Of a stretch of 64,000 nucleotides of DNA, positions 8,725 to 18,560 are shown in pieces (position 1 is the stretch's first letter; each line of letters begins with the position of its first letter). The DNA comes from a virus, in IMG/VR virus record IMGVR_UViG_3300044511_000090, positions 10,145 through 74,144 of that record. One strand, given 5' to 3'. Under the pieces are notes generated by a model. It was not told where the DNA came from, did no database searches, and saw only the letters and a list, made by a program, of their open reading frames with translations. A program made the position numbers and the translations under genes.

Positions 8725-9093
8725 ATGAAAGGCAAGCCAATGACAGAAATCCTAAACGCCAGAATCAAGTCAACCAAACTCGGAATCCAAGAAGGACTTT
8801 TCACCGCATGGCTATCCTTTGAAGGCCGATCATGGGGATGCGTATTCGGCGGCATCTCATTCGACCGCTATTGCCCATACAAAGATGAAAGAGAGCCGGT
8901 TGCTATCGGCGCTAAGTGGATTGCGGCAGTCTTGAAAACACTTGGCGTCAATCTATGGGAAGACCTCGACGGCAAATACTGCCGGGTCGAGATTGACAGC
9001 GAAGGCAATATAAAAAGAATCGGCCACATCATCGAAGACCAGTGGTTCGATCAGACTTCCCTCTTAATTAACCAATTGCAAAAAACACCATGA
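8725..9093 (+). CDS. Conserved phage hypothetical protein
   Basis: NARIKSTKLG...GCVFGG...WEDLDGKYCRV...IGHIIEDQWF. Confidence 0.75.
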   Translation: MKGKPMTEILNARIKSTKLGIQEGLFTAWLSFEGRSWGCVFGGISFDRYCPYKDEREPVAIGAKWIAAVLKTLGVNLWEDLDGKYCRVEIDSEGNIKRIGHIIEDQWFDQTSLLINQLQKTP

Positions 9094-9154
9094 GGCTAAA
9101 AGAAGTCCTGCCTCTAGTCAACAACGTCGGCATCAACCGCTGAGGATTTAACCA

Positions 9155-9382
9155 ATGGCCAAGCAAAAAGACTCCTTCGCCTCTCGGCTAAAACTGCTCA
9201 TCAAAACTCGCGGCATCTCGCAACGAGAACTAGCCCGCAAGTCGGGCCTCGGCCACGCGGACATCAACCAGTACGTCAATGGCCGCAAACTCCCATCAAT
9301 CCCGTCGCTACTCAAAATCGCACAAGCACTAGAAGTCCTACCAGGAACCATGATCGACAGACTGGGGGTGGGGTGGGCCTAG
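9155..9382 (+). CDS. XRE/Cro-family HTH transcriptional regulator
   Basis: FASRLKLLIKTRGISQRELARKSGL...INQYVNGRKLPSIPSLLKIAQALEV. Confidence 0.92.
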   Translation: MAKQKDSFASRLKLLIKTRGISQRELARKSGLGHADINQYVNGRKLPSIPSLLKIAQALEVLPGTMIDRLGVGWA

Positions 9383-9620
9383 TAGTCCCCTACCACGAAA
9401 CACCCCACTTTCCGTAGTGTACACCAGTCCAGTATACCCCACCCCGCCACCCAGCCGGTGTACATATGTACACAAAAAAGGCATCTCAAATCGGCCCGAA
9501 AATGTACATCCGTACAGTATGTTCAATAACGATACATACGTTGTGCAATAACGATACACTGTCGGCAAGCGCGCACGGTCGCTATTCTAATTCCCATTAG
9601 TCAAACAAGAATGATAGAAT

Positions 9621-9649
9621 CGTAAGTCTATATGCCATATAGACTTACG
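9621..9649. promoter_or_regulatory. Perfect palindrome CGTAAGTCTATATG-C-CATATAGACTTACG, a candidate protein-binding site
   Basis: 14-bp perfect arms with a 1-nt centre, about 27 bp upstream of the sigma54-like promoter. Confidence 0.75.
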
Positions 9650-9675
9650 GCATTTTGCCGGAATTATTAGACGTT

Positions 9676-9692
9676 TTGGCATGGGTATTGCA
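9676..9692 (+). promoter_or_regulatory. Sigma54 (-24/-12) promoter TTGGCATGGGTATTGCA
   Basis: GG-N10-GC spacing matching TGGCA-N6-TTGCA, in the largest non-coding gap and ahead of the early gene array. Confidence 0.7.
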
Positions 9693-9866
9693 TTGTCTTT
9701 CCGTCAGAACGCATGGCACAATGCCCAGCGTTCACCGTCGCTGCCGGTTCACGGAGCGCGCAGTCCGGTCGAACGTTCGACCTAGTTTCGCACAATGTAC
9801 GTAACATATGTACACTGCGATTCGATTGTGATACTGCGCGCTTCAAGTTGCAGCATGGGGTTTATC

Positions 9867-10220
9867 ATGGCCAAGCTACTGGTTACCGAATTGTTCCCTA
9901 CTGGAGCATCGACCGACACATTCAGCGTACACACGGACAAAGGGTTGTGCCCTGTGACAATGCCAGCGTCTCATGCCGAAAGCGCAGAACAGCTGGCAGC
10001 TGAATATGACGGGCGCGATGGGAAGGCGTCTATCATCGTCAACGCTCCGGGTCTCATGTTTGTGAAGGGCGATAAATGCTTTCGAGATGCCAAGCAACAG
10101 AAAACAGCCGGGAAACATGTCGGTTCGATGATAGCAAAGTATTTGCGCGATGTGTCTAAAGAGCGTCAATCGGCTGCCCAGAAAATGGTTGAAGGCATCG
10201 ATGCCGTCAACGAACAGTAG
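9867..10220 (+). CDS. Hypothetical early protein
   Basis: ORF followed by a terminator. Confidence 0.65.
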   Translation: MAKLLVTELFPTGASTDTFSVHTDKGLCPVTMPASHAESAEQLAAEYDGRDGKASIIVNAPGLMFVKGDKCFRDAKQQKTAGKHVGSMIAKYLRDVSKERQSAAQKMVEGIDAVNEQ

Positions 10221-10234
10221 GGAAAACATCGTCC

Positions 10235-10266
10235 AAACGCTGGGCATTTTGCCCAGCGTTTTTTTT
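10235..10266 (+). terminator. Intrinsic terminator, repeat copy
   Basis: AAACGCTGGGCA-TTT-TGCCCAGCGTTT followed by a T tract. Confidence 0.8.
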
Positions 10267-10278
10267 GGAGTGTACACA

Positions 10279-10689
10279 ATGTCACGATACATTCGTACAT
10301 GGCGGCGCTTTCACGATACTGTACGTGGACTAGTCAAGAGGAAATACGAGAGCGCTTTTGAGACTATACGCGCTACTGTACGTTTGTCTATACTGCCTCA
10401 CGATCTGAGCAGTGTACGCGGGTTCACTGACATAATCAAGGCGTTCGGCATGTACTGTACAGAATTCCCTGTACAGGTTGAGAAAGACGAAAAAGGGCGA
10501 ATAGCTTTTGCGTATTTCATTGTCGAAACCGTTCAACAGGGAATCGACGAGATGCGCAAAAAACCATACCTTGACGTTGACGAGCGCGAGCTGCGCGTTT
10601 CGATAATCGGCCAGGGCGCTTGTAATGCCGATGATGCCGCACGAGCGCAAAAGATGATACGCAGGGAAAACCAGCTACGATACACGTAA
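10279..10689 (+). CDS. Hypothetical early protein
   Basis: GGAG RBS; bounded by repeated hairpins. Confidence 0.65.
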   Translation: MSRYIRTWRRFHDTVRGLVKRKYESAFETIRATVRLSILPHDLSSVRGFTDIIKAFGMYCTEFPVQVEKDEKGRIAFAYFIVETVQQGIDEMRKKPYLDVDERELRVSIIGQGACNADDAARAQKMIRRENQLRYT

Positions 10690-10692
10690 TGC

Positions 10693-10724
10693 AAACGCTG
10701 GGCGTTTTGCCCAGCGTTTTTTTT
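10693..10724 (+). terminator. Intrinsic terminator, repeat copy
   Basis: AAACGCTGGGCG-TTT-TGCCCAGCGTTT followed by a T tract. Confidence 0.8.
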
Positions 10725-10770
10725 GCGCGCATTTTCTCGATTTCTCCCATCACCGTATAGGAGTAGTACG

Positions 10771-11244
10771 ATGTTTCGCGTTTGGGCAGTAGTTGATACT
10801 GCCTCTTTTGCCGTTGCGCTTTTCCCGTTTTCGATGCAGGACGAGGCCAACGGTCTGGCGTCTTTTATCGGCAAGGGGCACTACGTCGTGCCTCACAATG
10901 TTGAGGCACGACTAGATGAGCCGGTCGAATGCGAGAAGCTGGACTTGCGGCCATACATCCTTAGACGTAGTGATTTCACTAGGTCTAAGAGTGCATTCGG
11001 CAGGGTTGACATCAACCGGAAGAAACTGCGTCAGGCATGGAAGCAAGGGATCAACGCCGCCACTGAGCTGGCTGTTGAGATGAATACTCACAAGCGAGCA
11101 GAAGTACATCCGGCGTCGATTCGCCGCTCGTGCTTCGATGAGCCAACGATCACGGGCCTCCACTACCAGCATTATGCCTACAACCTTCACCCGTTCCCTA
11201 TCGTCATCCGTGAGCAATACGCTTTCTGCGGCGATTGCATCTAG
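10771..11244 (+). CDS. Hypothetical early protein
   Basis: AGGAGTAGTACG-ATG initiation motif. Confidence 0.65.
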   Translation: MFRVWAVVDTASFAVALFPFSMQDEANGLASFIGKGHYVVPHNVEARLDEPVECEKLDLRPYILRRSDFTRSKSAFGRVDINRKKLRQAWKQGINAATELAVEMNTHKRAEVHPASIRRSCFDEPTITGLHYQHYAYNLHPFPIVIREQYAFCGDCI

Positions 11245-11266
11245 CCGCCATATTGGGAGTAGTAAC

Positions 11267-11479
11267 ATGATCACCGCTTGCATTGCTTTGTTTCCCGAAT
11301 TTTCTCCACTTTGCGCCATCAGGGCCGCGAGGGATTGCGGTCTCATAACAAAGGACGAATACAGCGAGTTCATGACATCCTACGCAGATGGAGATTTTGC
11401 CGAAGTGTGCGCACGTTGCGGCACATACTTCTCGATGCTCAACCAGCCGCAACTGTGCAACAGGTGCAGAAGGGTTTGA
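11267..11479 (+). CDS. Small Cys-rich protein
   Basis: GGAGTAGTAAC-ATG; CARC...CNRC. Confidence 0.6.
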   Translation: MITACIALFPEFSPLCAIRAARDCGLITKDEYSEFMTSYADGDFAEVCARCGTYFSMLNQPQLCNRCRRV

Positions 11480-11494
11480 TCTAGGAGCAGTACG

Positions 11495-11653
11495 ATGAAA
11501 TTGGAATTCATTACCGTTGTGCGACCGCATAAGCGGTCTTACAAGTGGGAAGTTTTTTGCAGCGATGGCCGCAGTTTGTTCGGCTACGGCACTGAAAAGA
11601 CTTGCCACATCCGATGCGAGCAAGCAATTGCCTTGCTTTTGTCCAAGGAGTAG
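11495..11653 (+). CDS. 52-aa hypothetical protein (below the ORF-track cutoff)
   Basis: AGGAGCAGTACG-ATG; MKLEFITVVRPHKRSYKWEVFCSDG... Confidence 0.6.
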   Translation: MKLEFITVVRPHKRSYKWEVFCSDGRSLFGYGTEKTCHIRCEQAIALLLSKE

Positions 11654-11657
11654 TACG

Positions 11658-11819
11658 ATGCCATTCCAGTTAGAAGTTTCGGCCATTCGCATCGAGCGCC
11701 TTCGCCGGGCGCAAGTAGGAGTACGGGCATTGCCGCGCCCGTGCAATCGGCCTCTGCTGAGGCCGAACCCTAAGCCGAAAGCGGCTATCATTTCTACTTT
11801 GTTCAAGAAAGTAGGATAG
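11658..11819 (+). CDS. Small basic hypothetical protein
   Basis: AGGAGTAGTACG-ATG. Confidence 0.55.
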   Translation: MPFQLEVSAIRIERLRRAQVGVRALPRPCNRPLLRPNPKPKAAIISTLFKKVG

Positions 11820-11821
11820 CA

Positions 11822-12622
11822 ATGAAGATCAAAGACCTTGCATGGGAATTACATCCAGTCGCCATTGGTGGATACGTGTCTGTAGTAAACTTCCAGAACG
11901 GGTACGGAGCAAGCGTTTTGAAAGGCGGGCGGGGGTTGTATACCAAAAACCGCACATACGAAATAGGTGTGCTCCACAACGGCGAACTGGATTACGACAA
12001 TCCAGTTACTCCCGTCGATGTTCTCGGATTCTTGACCGAAAAAGAGGCCGACAAAGTGTTGGCGGCAATTGAAGCATTGCCGCCGAAAGAGGGGATGAGC
12101 AGGTTCATTAAAAGAATCTGCGAAAACCCGAAAGACGACTTCGCCTTCTTGGTTTATGCGGAATGGCTTGAGGACAACGGGAAAGAGGCGGAAGCCTTAG
12201 AAATAAGGCGAAACATCGGACGAGAAACGGAGTTCTGCGAAGACAGATTCTCGCCAAGCAGAAATATTAGCGAAATACTTGGCAAGACAATTGTTTCGAT
12301 TGACGGTAAGAGGGGCGACAAGGAAATCGAGATAAGGCTGCTCACCGGCGAAATATACATGCTCCAGCACTTTCAAGATTGCTGCGAGCACGTCTACGTC
12401 GAAGACATAGCCGGGAATTTTGAAGATTTGATTGGCCGGGTGGTAACAATGGCGGAAGAAAGTTCAAACCGCGAATTGCCCACAGATATGTACGGCTACA
12501 GCGACTCGCAAACCTGGACATTCTATCGTCTTGCATCCGTGAGGGGATATGTGACGATCAGATTCCTTGGAACATCCAACGGTTATTATTCGGAGCGGGT
12601 ATCATTCACAAGGACTCGATAA
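11822..12622 (+). CDS. Three-part fusion: phage domain + TIGR02996 domain + DUF7448-like domain
   Basis: NGYGASV...YEIGVL...DVLGFLT; FIKRICENPKDDFAFLVYAEWLEDNG; HFQDCCEHV...TWTFYRL...GTSNGYYSE. Confidence 0.82.
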   Translation: MKIKDLAWELHPVAIGGYVSVVNFQNGYGASVLKGGRGLYTKNRTYEIGVLHNGELDYDNPVTPVDVLGFLTEKEADKVLAAIEALPPKEGMSRFIKRICENPKDDFAFLVYAEWLEDNGKEAEALEIRRNIGRETEFCEDRFSPSRNISEILGKTIVSIDGKRGDKEIEIRLLTGEIYMLQHFQDCCEHVYVEDIAGNFEDLIGRVVTMAEESSNRELPTDMYGYSDSQTWTFYRLASVRGYVTIRFLGTSNGYYSERVSFTRTR

Positions 12623-12761
12623 CGAGGTCTTTGCCGATCATGGGTCGAGCGTCGTTTTTACCCCTTTGTTTTTTGCCCGATGGCGGGCAGGAGGTTATCA
12701 TGAAGTAACTTTTCCATGCCATCTATACTCGCCGCTAGGAGTAGCGTCCCTAGCGGCCAAT

Positions 12762-12830
12762 GGGCTTCCCGCATGGCGCGGACTTGCCGCTTGCAACGGC
12801 GATGATTGGGTTCGATTCCCTGGGGGTCCA
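12762..12830 (+). tRNA. Degenerate tRNA-Ala(UGC)-like element
   Basis: Acceptor GGGCTTC/GGGGTCC with G3:U70 and A73; anticodon loop CTTGCAA in a TGCCG/CGGCG stem; T-loop TTCGATT; shrunken D-arm; no CCA. Confidence 0.55.
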
Positions 12831-13001
12831 CTAGCGATTGGGCCGGGATGCGAAAGCAAGTGAACGACTATCGGCCATTGGCCGTAAACAATCGCGGCAG
12901 CAGCAACCGGGTATTGCCTTTGCCGATGATCGGCGCGTACGAGCCGTGAAGCGGCAACTGCCGGTGCTGCTGTCTTTTCAAACACAATTCGAGGAGCGTC
13001 A

Positions 13002-13508
13002 ATGCTGAGACAAACTAAACAGTACGCCGTCGTGATCGCTGGAAAGGATGATTACTTCGGGGAAATTGACACAAGCAGTCGGATGGTCAATCACGACATT
13101 GCCCGCTTGTGTGAGGAAGCGGTACGGAAGCATGGATTCACTTCACCACGAAAGACTCCGACTCCGGTAGCTTGCGAAGTATTCGCCTTGGAAATCAAGG
13201 CTGGCAAGTTGGAACGTAGGAGAGTAGGGCTCAAGAGCATCATGCCGCCGTTGGAACAAATGACGAGCGATGAATATCATCAGGAACTCTCCGAAATTCT
13301 CGAATCGTTGCCAGTAGAGTTTCGGAGCTACGTCAGTGGCGCAGCGTGGGATAGCGGTCATAGCGCCGGGCATGAGGAAGTCATCGGAATCGCACGGGGT
13401 ATGGCCTTAAACCTGCGGCCATGCATCGAGCAATACACCAAACGACTCAAGTATCAAACACAAAAGGAGATAAAGTGGAAATCGAAAAATTCATCGAGCG
13501 TCTTATGA
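13002..13508 (+). CDS. Hypothetical protein
   Basis: GAGGAG RBS; AWDSGHSAGHEEV motif. Confidence 0.7.
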   Translation: MLRQTKQYAVVIAGKDDYFGEIDTSSRMVNHDIARLCEEAVRKHGFTSPRKTPTPVACEVFALEIKAGKLERRRVGLKSIMPPLEQMTSDEYHQELSEILESLPVEFRSYVSGAAWDSGHSAGHEEVIGIARGMALNLRPCIEQYTKRLKYQTQKEIKWKSKNSSSVL

Positions 13509-13876
13509 GTTGTGACAAGATCGATTACGAAACTCAGTCAACGAAAGACGGCTGCACCGTGCGCAGAATGTTCTACTCAAGCGACAGATACATTGTTGAT
13601 TATGCCGAAGATTTCAAAAGCGAAGGGTGGCTACAATTCGACACCGATCAGGATGCCTCTTATTTCGGATTCTGGGTCAATCCGAAAAAGTTCATGACTC
13701 TCTCGTACTGTGAGGGCGATTGGACTCTTGTTGAGTGCCACAGCCGGGAAAATTATGTGGAAGCAATCAAGAGAGCAATCGACTTCTACGGCGAGGGATT
13801 CGTTGCCAAATCAATTGACATGGACGGGACTGTGACGGTCTACAGACAAAATCGATCAGAATTCCTGGAGGTCTGA
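13475..13876 (+). CDS. Conserved hypothetical protein
   Basis: GWLQFDTDQDASYFGFWVNP...YCEGD; AGGAG plus GTG start. Confidence 0.75.
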   Translation: MEIEKFIERLMSCDKIDYETQSTKDGCTVRRMFYSSDRYIVDYAEDFKSEGWLQFDTDQDASYFGFWVNPKKFMTLSYCEGDWTLVECHSRENYVEAIKRAIDFYGEGFVAKSIDMDGTVTVYRQNRSEFLEV

Positions 13877-13877
13877 T

Positions 13878-14210
13878 ATGGCCAAGAACGCACGGTTTTG
13901 GGTATGGCATGGCGAGGGCTACGTCAAGTTGACGCTGAAGCCGGGCCAGTCGCTTTCGGTTTCCAGAGGAGGCCCAACCGATGAGGGATATTACTACAGA
14001 AGCACCACTTGGACCCATGAGGGCGAAACGGTAGAGAGAGCAGATTACTCCGAAGCGAGTGATTGCGATGGACGACTCGATTCACATTGTACTTGCGTTT
14101 GTCCAATTGAGAAACTGCGCGAGCCGTCAGACATTTCTGTTCCGTTACCTGAATGGGAACGGGTAAATGCCGGTCAGCGCGATTACGCTGCGGAAGCAGC
14201 AGGATACTAA
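13878..14210 (+). CDS. Conserved hypothetical protein
   Basis: NARFW...VKLTL...TDEG...DCDGR...QRDYAAEAAGY. Confidence 0.75.
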   Translation: MAKNARFWVWHGEGYVKLTLKPGQSLSVSRGGPTDEGYYYRSTTWTHEGETVERADYSEASDCDGRLDSHCTCVCPIEKLREPSDISVPLPEWERVNAGQRDYAAEAAGY

Positions 14211-14348
14211 CATGAAACGGATTCGTGGAATGTGCTGGTGTTGTTCGACACCGGCCAAGGTGAGACTGCGCAAATTCTGGACGAGCGGCCTACTTCGATA
14301 CCTGTGCAGGGTATGCGAGAGGTCGCTTCCTCTTTGCAAGGAGCGTAA

Positions 14349-17300
14349 ATGACTGCCGTTGAAATTGCAAAACACTACGCCAAGAACAATCCTGGCATCC
14401 GATTCGCTGCCTCCAAATGTGGGTCGGCAGTCGGCATCTACGTCCCAGAAAAAGGGCGATTCGTCGAGTTCGTAATGAAGACCATATCGCCCACTGTGCC
14501 TTGGGTCAACTTGATGGACGAAAGCGGGTCCATCAGGACTACGACTTGCAACGGGAAGCCGCTTTACAATCCAGAAGACTGGGAGGAATGCAATGGTTGA
14601 GCCCAAATTCAGATACGCGCCAGTCCGCCGCACTTCTGACTCAGGCAAAGAATGGATTGATTTAGGAGACATGGCGATTAACCCACATGAGGCCATGAAT
14701 AAAGCGGAGGCTACCAACAAAATGCTCGCCCCTAATTGGGATGCCGTCCATCCAGTAGTTCGCATTGCCAGAGTGAAGATTGAGGAGGTTGCCGATGGAT
14801 GACTTCGACGCCAAAGAATCTGCAGACCATTGCCTGAATCCTGTCGCCAGATTCTCCGATCTTTCACCAGGAGAACGATTTAGATTCCCTGGCCAGAAGG
14901 TAATCCTTCTCCGAACCAAAACCGGCTACAAGTATTTGGACAACCGTGCCAAACGCACATTCAGAACTGGGGCGAAGACTGCTGTTATTCCTGTCCAATT
15001 CGAGGGCCAAACATGATTGAGCACAGCATTTGGGAACCGGAGTACAGGGACGGAGTTAAAACCGGCTACTCCAAATTAGTCCGCATGAAGCGGCTCAAAG
15101 AAGTCTTTGACGAACTGTACGCCGAACTTGACGTTCTTATTTGCGACAAGTGCGGCCATGAGCGGAAGCGGAGGAATTCTTCGGCTGGGACTGACTATGG
15201 TGGCGACAAGTGCAAGAAGTGTGGCGAAGGCGAGTACGACGGGCTTATTGACGAATACTTCAGCGGGCCAGATTCGGACATAAAGACAGTGCCGAAGAAC
15301 TTCCGATGGATTGCCTGCTATGCCGTCACTGGAGGTAATGAAGGACATTATGTCCATATCGGGTATCTGTCCGAAGTGGACAAGATCAAGATTCCAGACC
15401 CGGCAGACCAGACTGGATGGGGCGCGGCAAAGGATGTCTATCCTTGCCGTGACCACAACTTGCTTCATTACGTCCGCCTTGCACTAGGCAAGACATTCCG
15501 TGGCATGGGACACGCGCAGGAAATTGCCAACCGTTGTGCGCGGCTTCTAGGAGCGTGATATGACACTATCTGAACTTACAAACGATCCGAAAGCGATGTC
15601 GAAGTTCATGGGCTGGGAATGGGAAGGATCAACAATCACATATTCGCATACACGCACAGTTTACGAGTTGAGCGCTGAAGAGATTTTTGCCCAGCGGTGG
15701 AGCACGTACATCGAGTCGATCAAAAAACCGGCCAAGGCGCAAACGCATTTGCAAATGCGCCACGAGTGCCTAGTGAAAGGGTTGGGGCTGAAAGGCAAGC
15801 CATCTGTTGCCTCTGTTGCAGAGCGGATCAAGAAGGCGATTGAAACTCGGCCAGACCTGTACTCAGAATTCGAGGCTAAGAAATGACACTGCAAAGATAT
15901 AGCGACGTTCGATGCCACGAATGCGGCCAAGGCTTGACCTTCATAGAGGTTGCATTCGGGCGATCCGACGATCAGGTTTGCGGCCATTGCTTGATGAATC
16001 GCATTCAACAATCGTGCGACCACAACGAAATGGTCGCAAACAACAGCCAAACTCATGCGTGGCGCTGTGCCAAGTGTGGGTACGTCTACGGAGGCCAATA
16101 ATGAGATTCCAACTGTATGGCGCAGCAATCATGTCGATGGACTTTGCCGACATTATGAAGTTGGCAAGAGAAACGATGGACATGCACGCCAGAGTTGAAG
16201 ATTGCAATGGCGTGTATGTCGAAGTAGCGAGGTGGAAGCACCTACGAGAAGACTACGACGGCAAGCAAGGAGTATGGATGCGGTTTGCCTACCTTCATGT
16301 CGAAGGCGGCGAGCATCTTTCACGCGAAATTCAAGAGTTATCGACGCCGGACATGGTTTCTGCGTATGAAACCGCCGAGCATATTGCCGGTATGATCAAC
16401 GCGGCGTCTAAGAACAGGTATACCAGGATCATTCACGGTATGCCAAACTGGAAGGATTGATCATGCTGACACTGAAGTATTACGGAATGGAAGGGACCGG
16501 GCGCAACGTGACCGAGGCCAAGAAGAATGCTGGCCACAAGATCGAGAAGGCGTTGTCCGGCGACTACACCCCTTTAATCCTCGTTTGGCGCGACCATGCT
16601 TACCTAGTCTACCGCGATCCAGAATCTGGCTGGCGGTCGAGACTCATCGCCGATGATGAAAGCGGTATCTGCGCCGGACCCGTTTGGGGAACAATTTCGC
16701 CTGACGGAGACGACAAAAACAAGATTGTTGCGGATTGCAAGTTGCATCTGGCTCAACTCGGCTGGGAGGAAAATGATGGGAAAGAGCCGCCGACGATACT
16801 GCCAAATAGCCACCACGGGGATTTCATCGAATGGGCCGAGTTCCAGTTGCGATACAAAGAAGCACGCAGACGCGGCATGAGCGACAACGATGCCCACAGC
16901 TACGCACTCAGGAATCCACAACGGCCTGAATTGTGGAAAGAGGAGGAAAAAGTATGATTTCTGACACTCTATCCGATGCGTGCCACGGCATCATCGGCTA
17001 CGTTCGCCATAGCGCAACTAAACTTTGCTATGAAGGCATCGAACGAGAGGTTCGCGGCCTTGTGACAATCATGGACCACGCCAGAGCGTGCCTGGATTCA
17101 CCAATGCCGCCAAGAAGATCGTTTCTTTCGGCGGACCTTCTACGGAAAGTTGCCGAAGCATTGGACAATCCAGAACTGCCGATGCCGACCGTTGACTATT
17201 GGGAATAGGCGCGACGTGCGCCTATTATTCTTCTCTTAATGGAGCAAGCAATGACAAAAGTATCTCTGTTCAAAGGCAATCCAACCATCACGCTGAACCC

Positions 17301-17849
17301 AGACGACAAGTGGCCGTTCAGTTTCGGCTTGCAGAAGGCCAGACTGGTTCTGGCCAACATCGAAGCAATCAAGAAGTTCGTGGCCGATTTTGAAAGCAAG
17401 AAACAATTTCCAGGAGAGCAAAATGATTCAGTGGAACAAAACAACGGAAGCTGAGTACAGCCGCTCGCTTGGAGTGTTGCCGCCAGCTTCATACGGCGCA
17501 AATGGATCATTCCAAGTTGGCGAACCGTTCAGCCATCGCAACGGAGAGCCAACATTTGCCAGCTTCAAAGTGATGTTCGGCGAATACTACCAGTCGGATG
17601 AGCCGCTTACCTTCGATGAGTTCCGCGAAGAAGTCGGCGATGCCGAGTATTACTACGAGGGCTGACGTGACATTCGCTCACCAAAAAGGCGACAAATACT
17701 TGATCACCGGCTACTACTACAACACCGGGATCAAGTTTCGGCTAGTGCGGTTCAACCCATATGCCGCACTCTCAATCAACCTGTGGCGAGGCAAGGTGTG
17801 GCATGTTCGCGGCAAGAAGCGAACCCTTGTCAAAGAGGTTTATAACTAA
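14349..17849 (+). other. Tightly packed run of small hypothetical early genes (14349-14600, 14593-14802, 14795-15016, 15013-15558, 15560-15886, 15883-16101, 16101-16460, 16457-16957, 16954-17208, 17251-17454, 17423-17665, 17667-17849)
   Basis: Co-oriented, with strong RBSs and start/stop overlaps; no function recognised. Confidence 0.7.
17204..17226. repeat. Dispersed palindrome AATAGGCGC-N5-GCGCCTATT, copy 1
   Basis: aataggcgc gacgt gcgcctatt, overlapping a stop codon. Confidence 0.9.
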
Positions 17850-17858
17850 GGAGCATCA

Positions 17859-18560
17859 ATGATCGCTGTCGAGATTCCAAAACTTCAAAGTTTCGCAACT
17901 CTTGCCGAAACAATGGCAAGAGCCGAAGAGTTGATTGTCGAACTGTCAAAGAAAGGAGAAGAAGTCGTGGCTTCGGCAATTTACGAAGACTTTTTGACAA
18001 AGCCGAAGTCAAGAATGATCAAAGTGCTTGGCGTGTCTTCCCAGGCATCGAGGGAAGCTAACTCGGTCGCTCCAGGCGGGAAATGGTGTCTTCACCATGA
18101 AATGGTCGGCGGTGGCAGACATCGATTCATGGCGTGGTACTCCAGATACCTTATCTACGCTTGGGCAATGTTCCAATGCGAAGACGGTTTTGTGGCGATA
18201 GGGGTAGATTTTGAATCGATCAACGCTTACTACCGAACATGCCAAGGCTTCAACTACCTTGGACAAGGCGACATAGAAGGACTGTTTTCGGAGGAGTCTG
18301 ACCTTCAACTGTATGAGGAAATTTACGACGCATCGATGAAGATCAGGCCGCCAAGTCTGCCATTTGACGAAGCGTACCAACCGGCATTCTGCTTTGTGGC
18401 ATATCAGAGGCCGGACCTGTTCCACGAGGCAATCATGAAGTGCCGTGGAACGAAGGAAGGATACTTGGCTGATTGGCGAGTCAAGCATCTGTCCAAGGTT
18501 TCGGAAATGATCGGGCGTCCGGTCCCAGGTTTCGTAACAATCAGAACACAAGGAGCATGA
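17859..18560 (+). CDS. Hypothetical protein
   Basis: 233 aa; AAGGAG RBS; ATGA overlap with the ATPase. Confidence 0.7.
   Translation: MIAVEIPKLQSFATLAETMARAEELIVELSKKGEEVVASAIYEDFLTKPKSRMIKVLGVSSQASREANSVAPGGKWCLHHEMVGGGRHRFMAWYSRYLIYAWAMFQCEDGFVAIGVDFESINAYYRTCQGFNYLGQGDIEGLFSEESDLQLYEEIYDASMKIRPPSLPFDEAYQPAFCFVAYQRPDLFHEAIMKCRGTKEGYLADWRVKHLSKVSEMIGRPVPGFVTIRTQGA

Noticed and set aside
12762-12980. tmRNA
   Set aside because: The Ala-type acceptor closes within 69 nt around a normal anticodon arm, and no tag reading frame was recognised.
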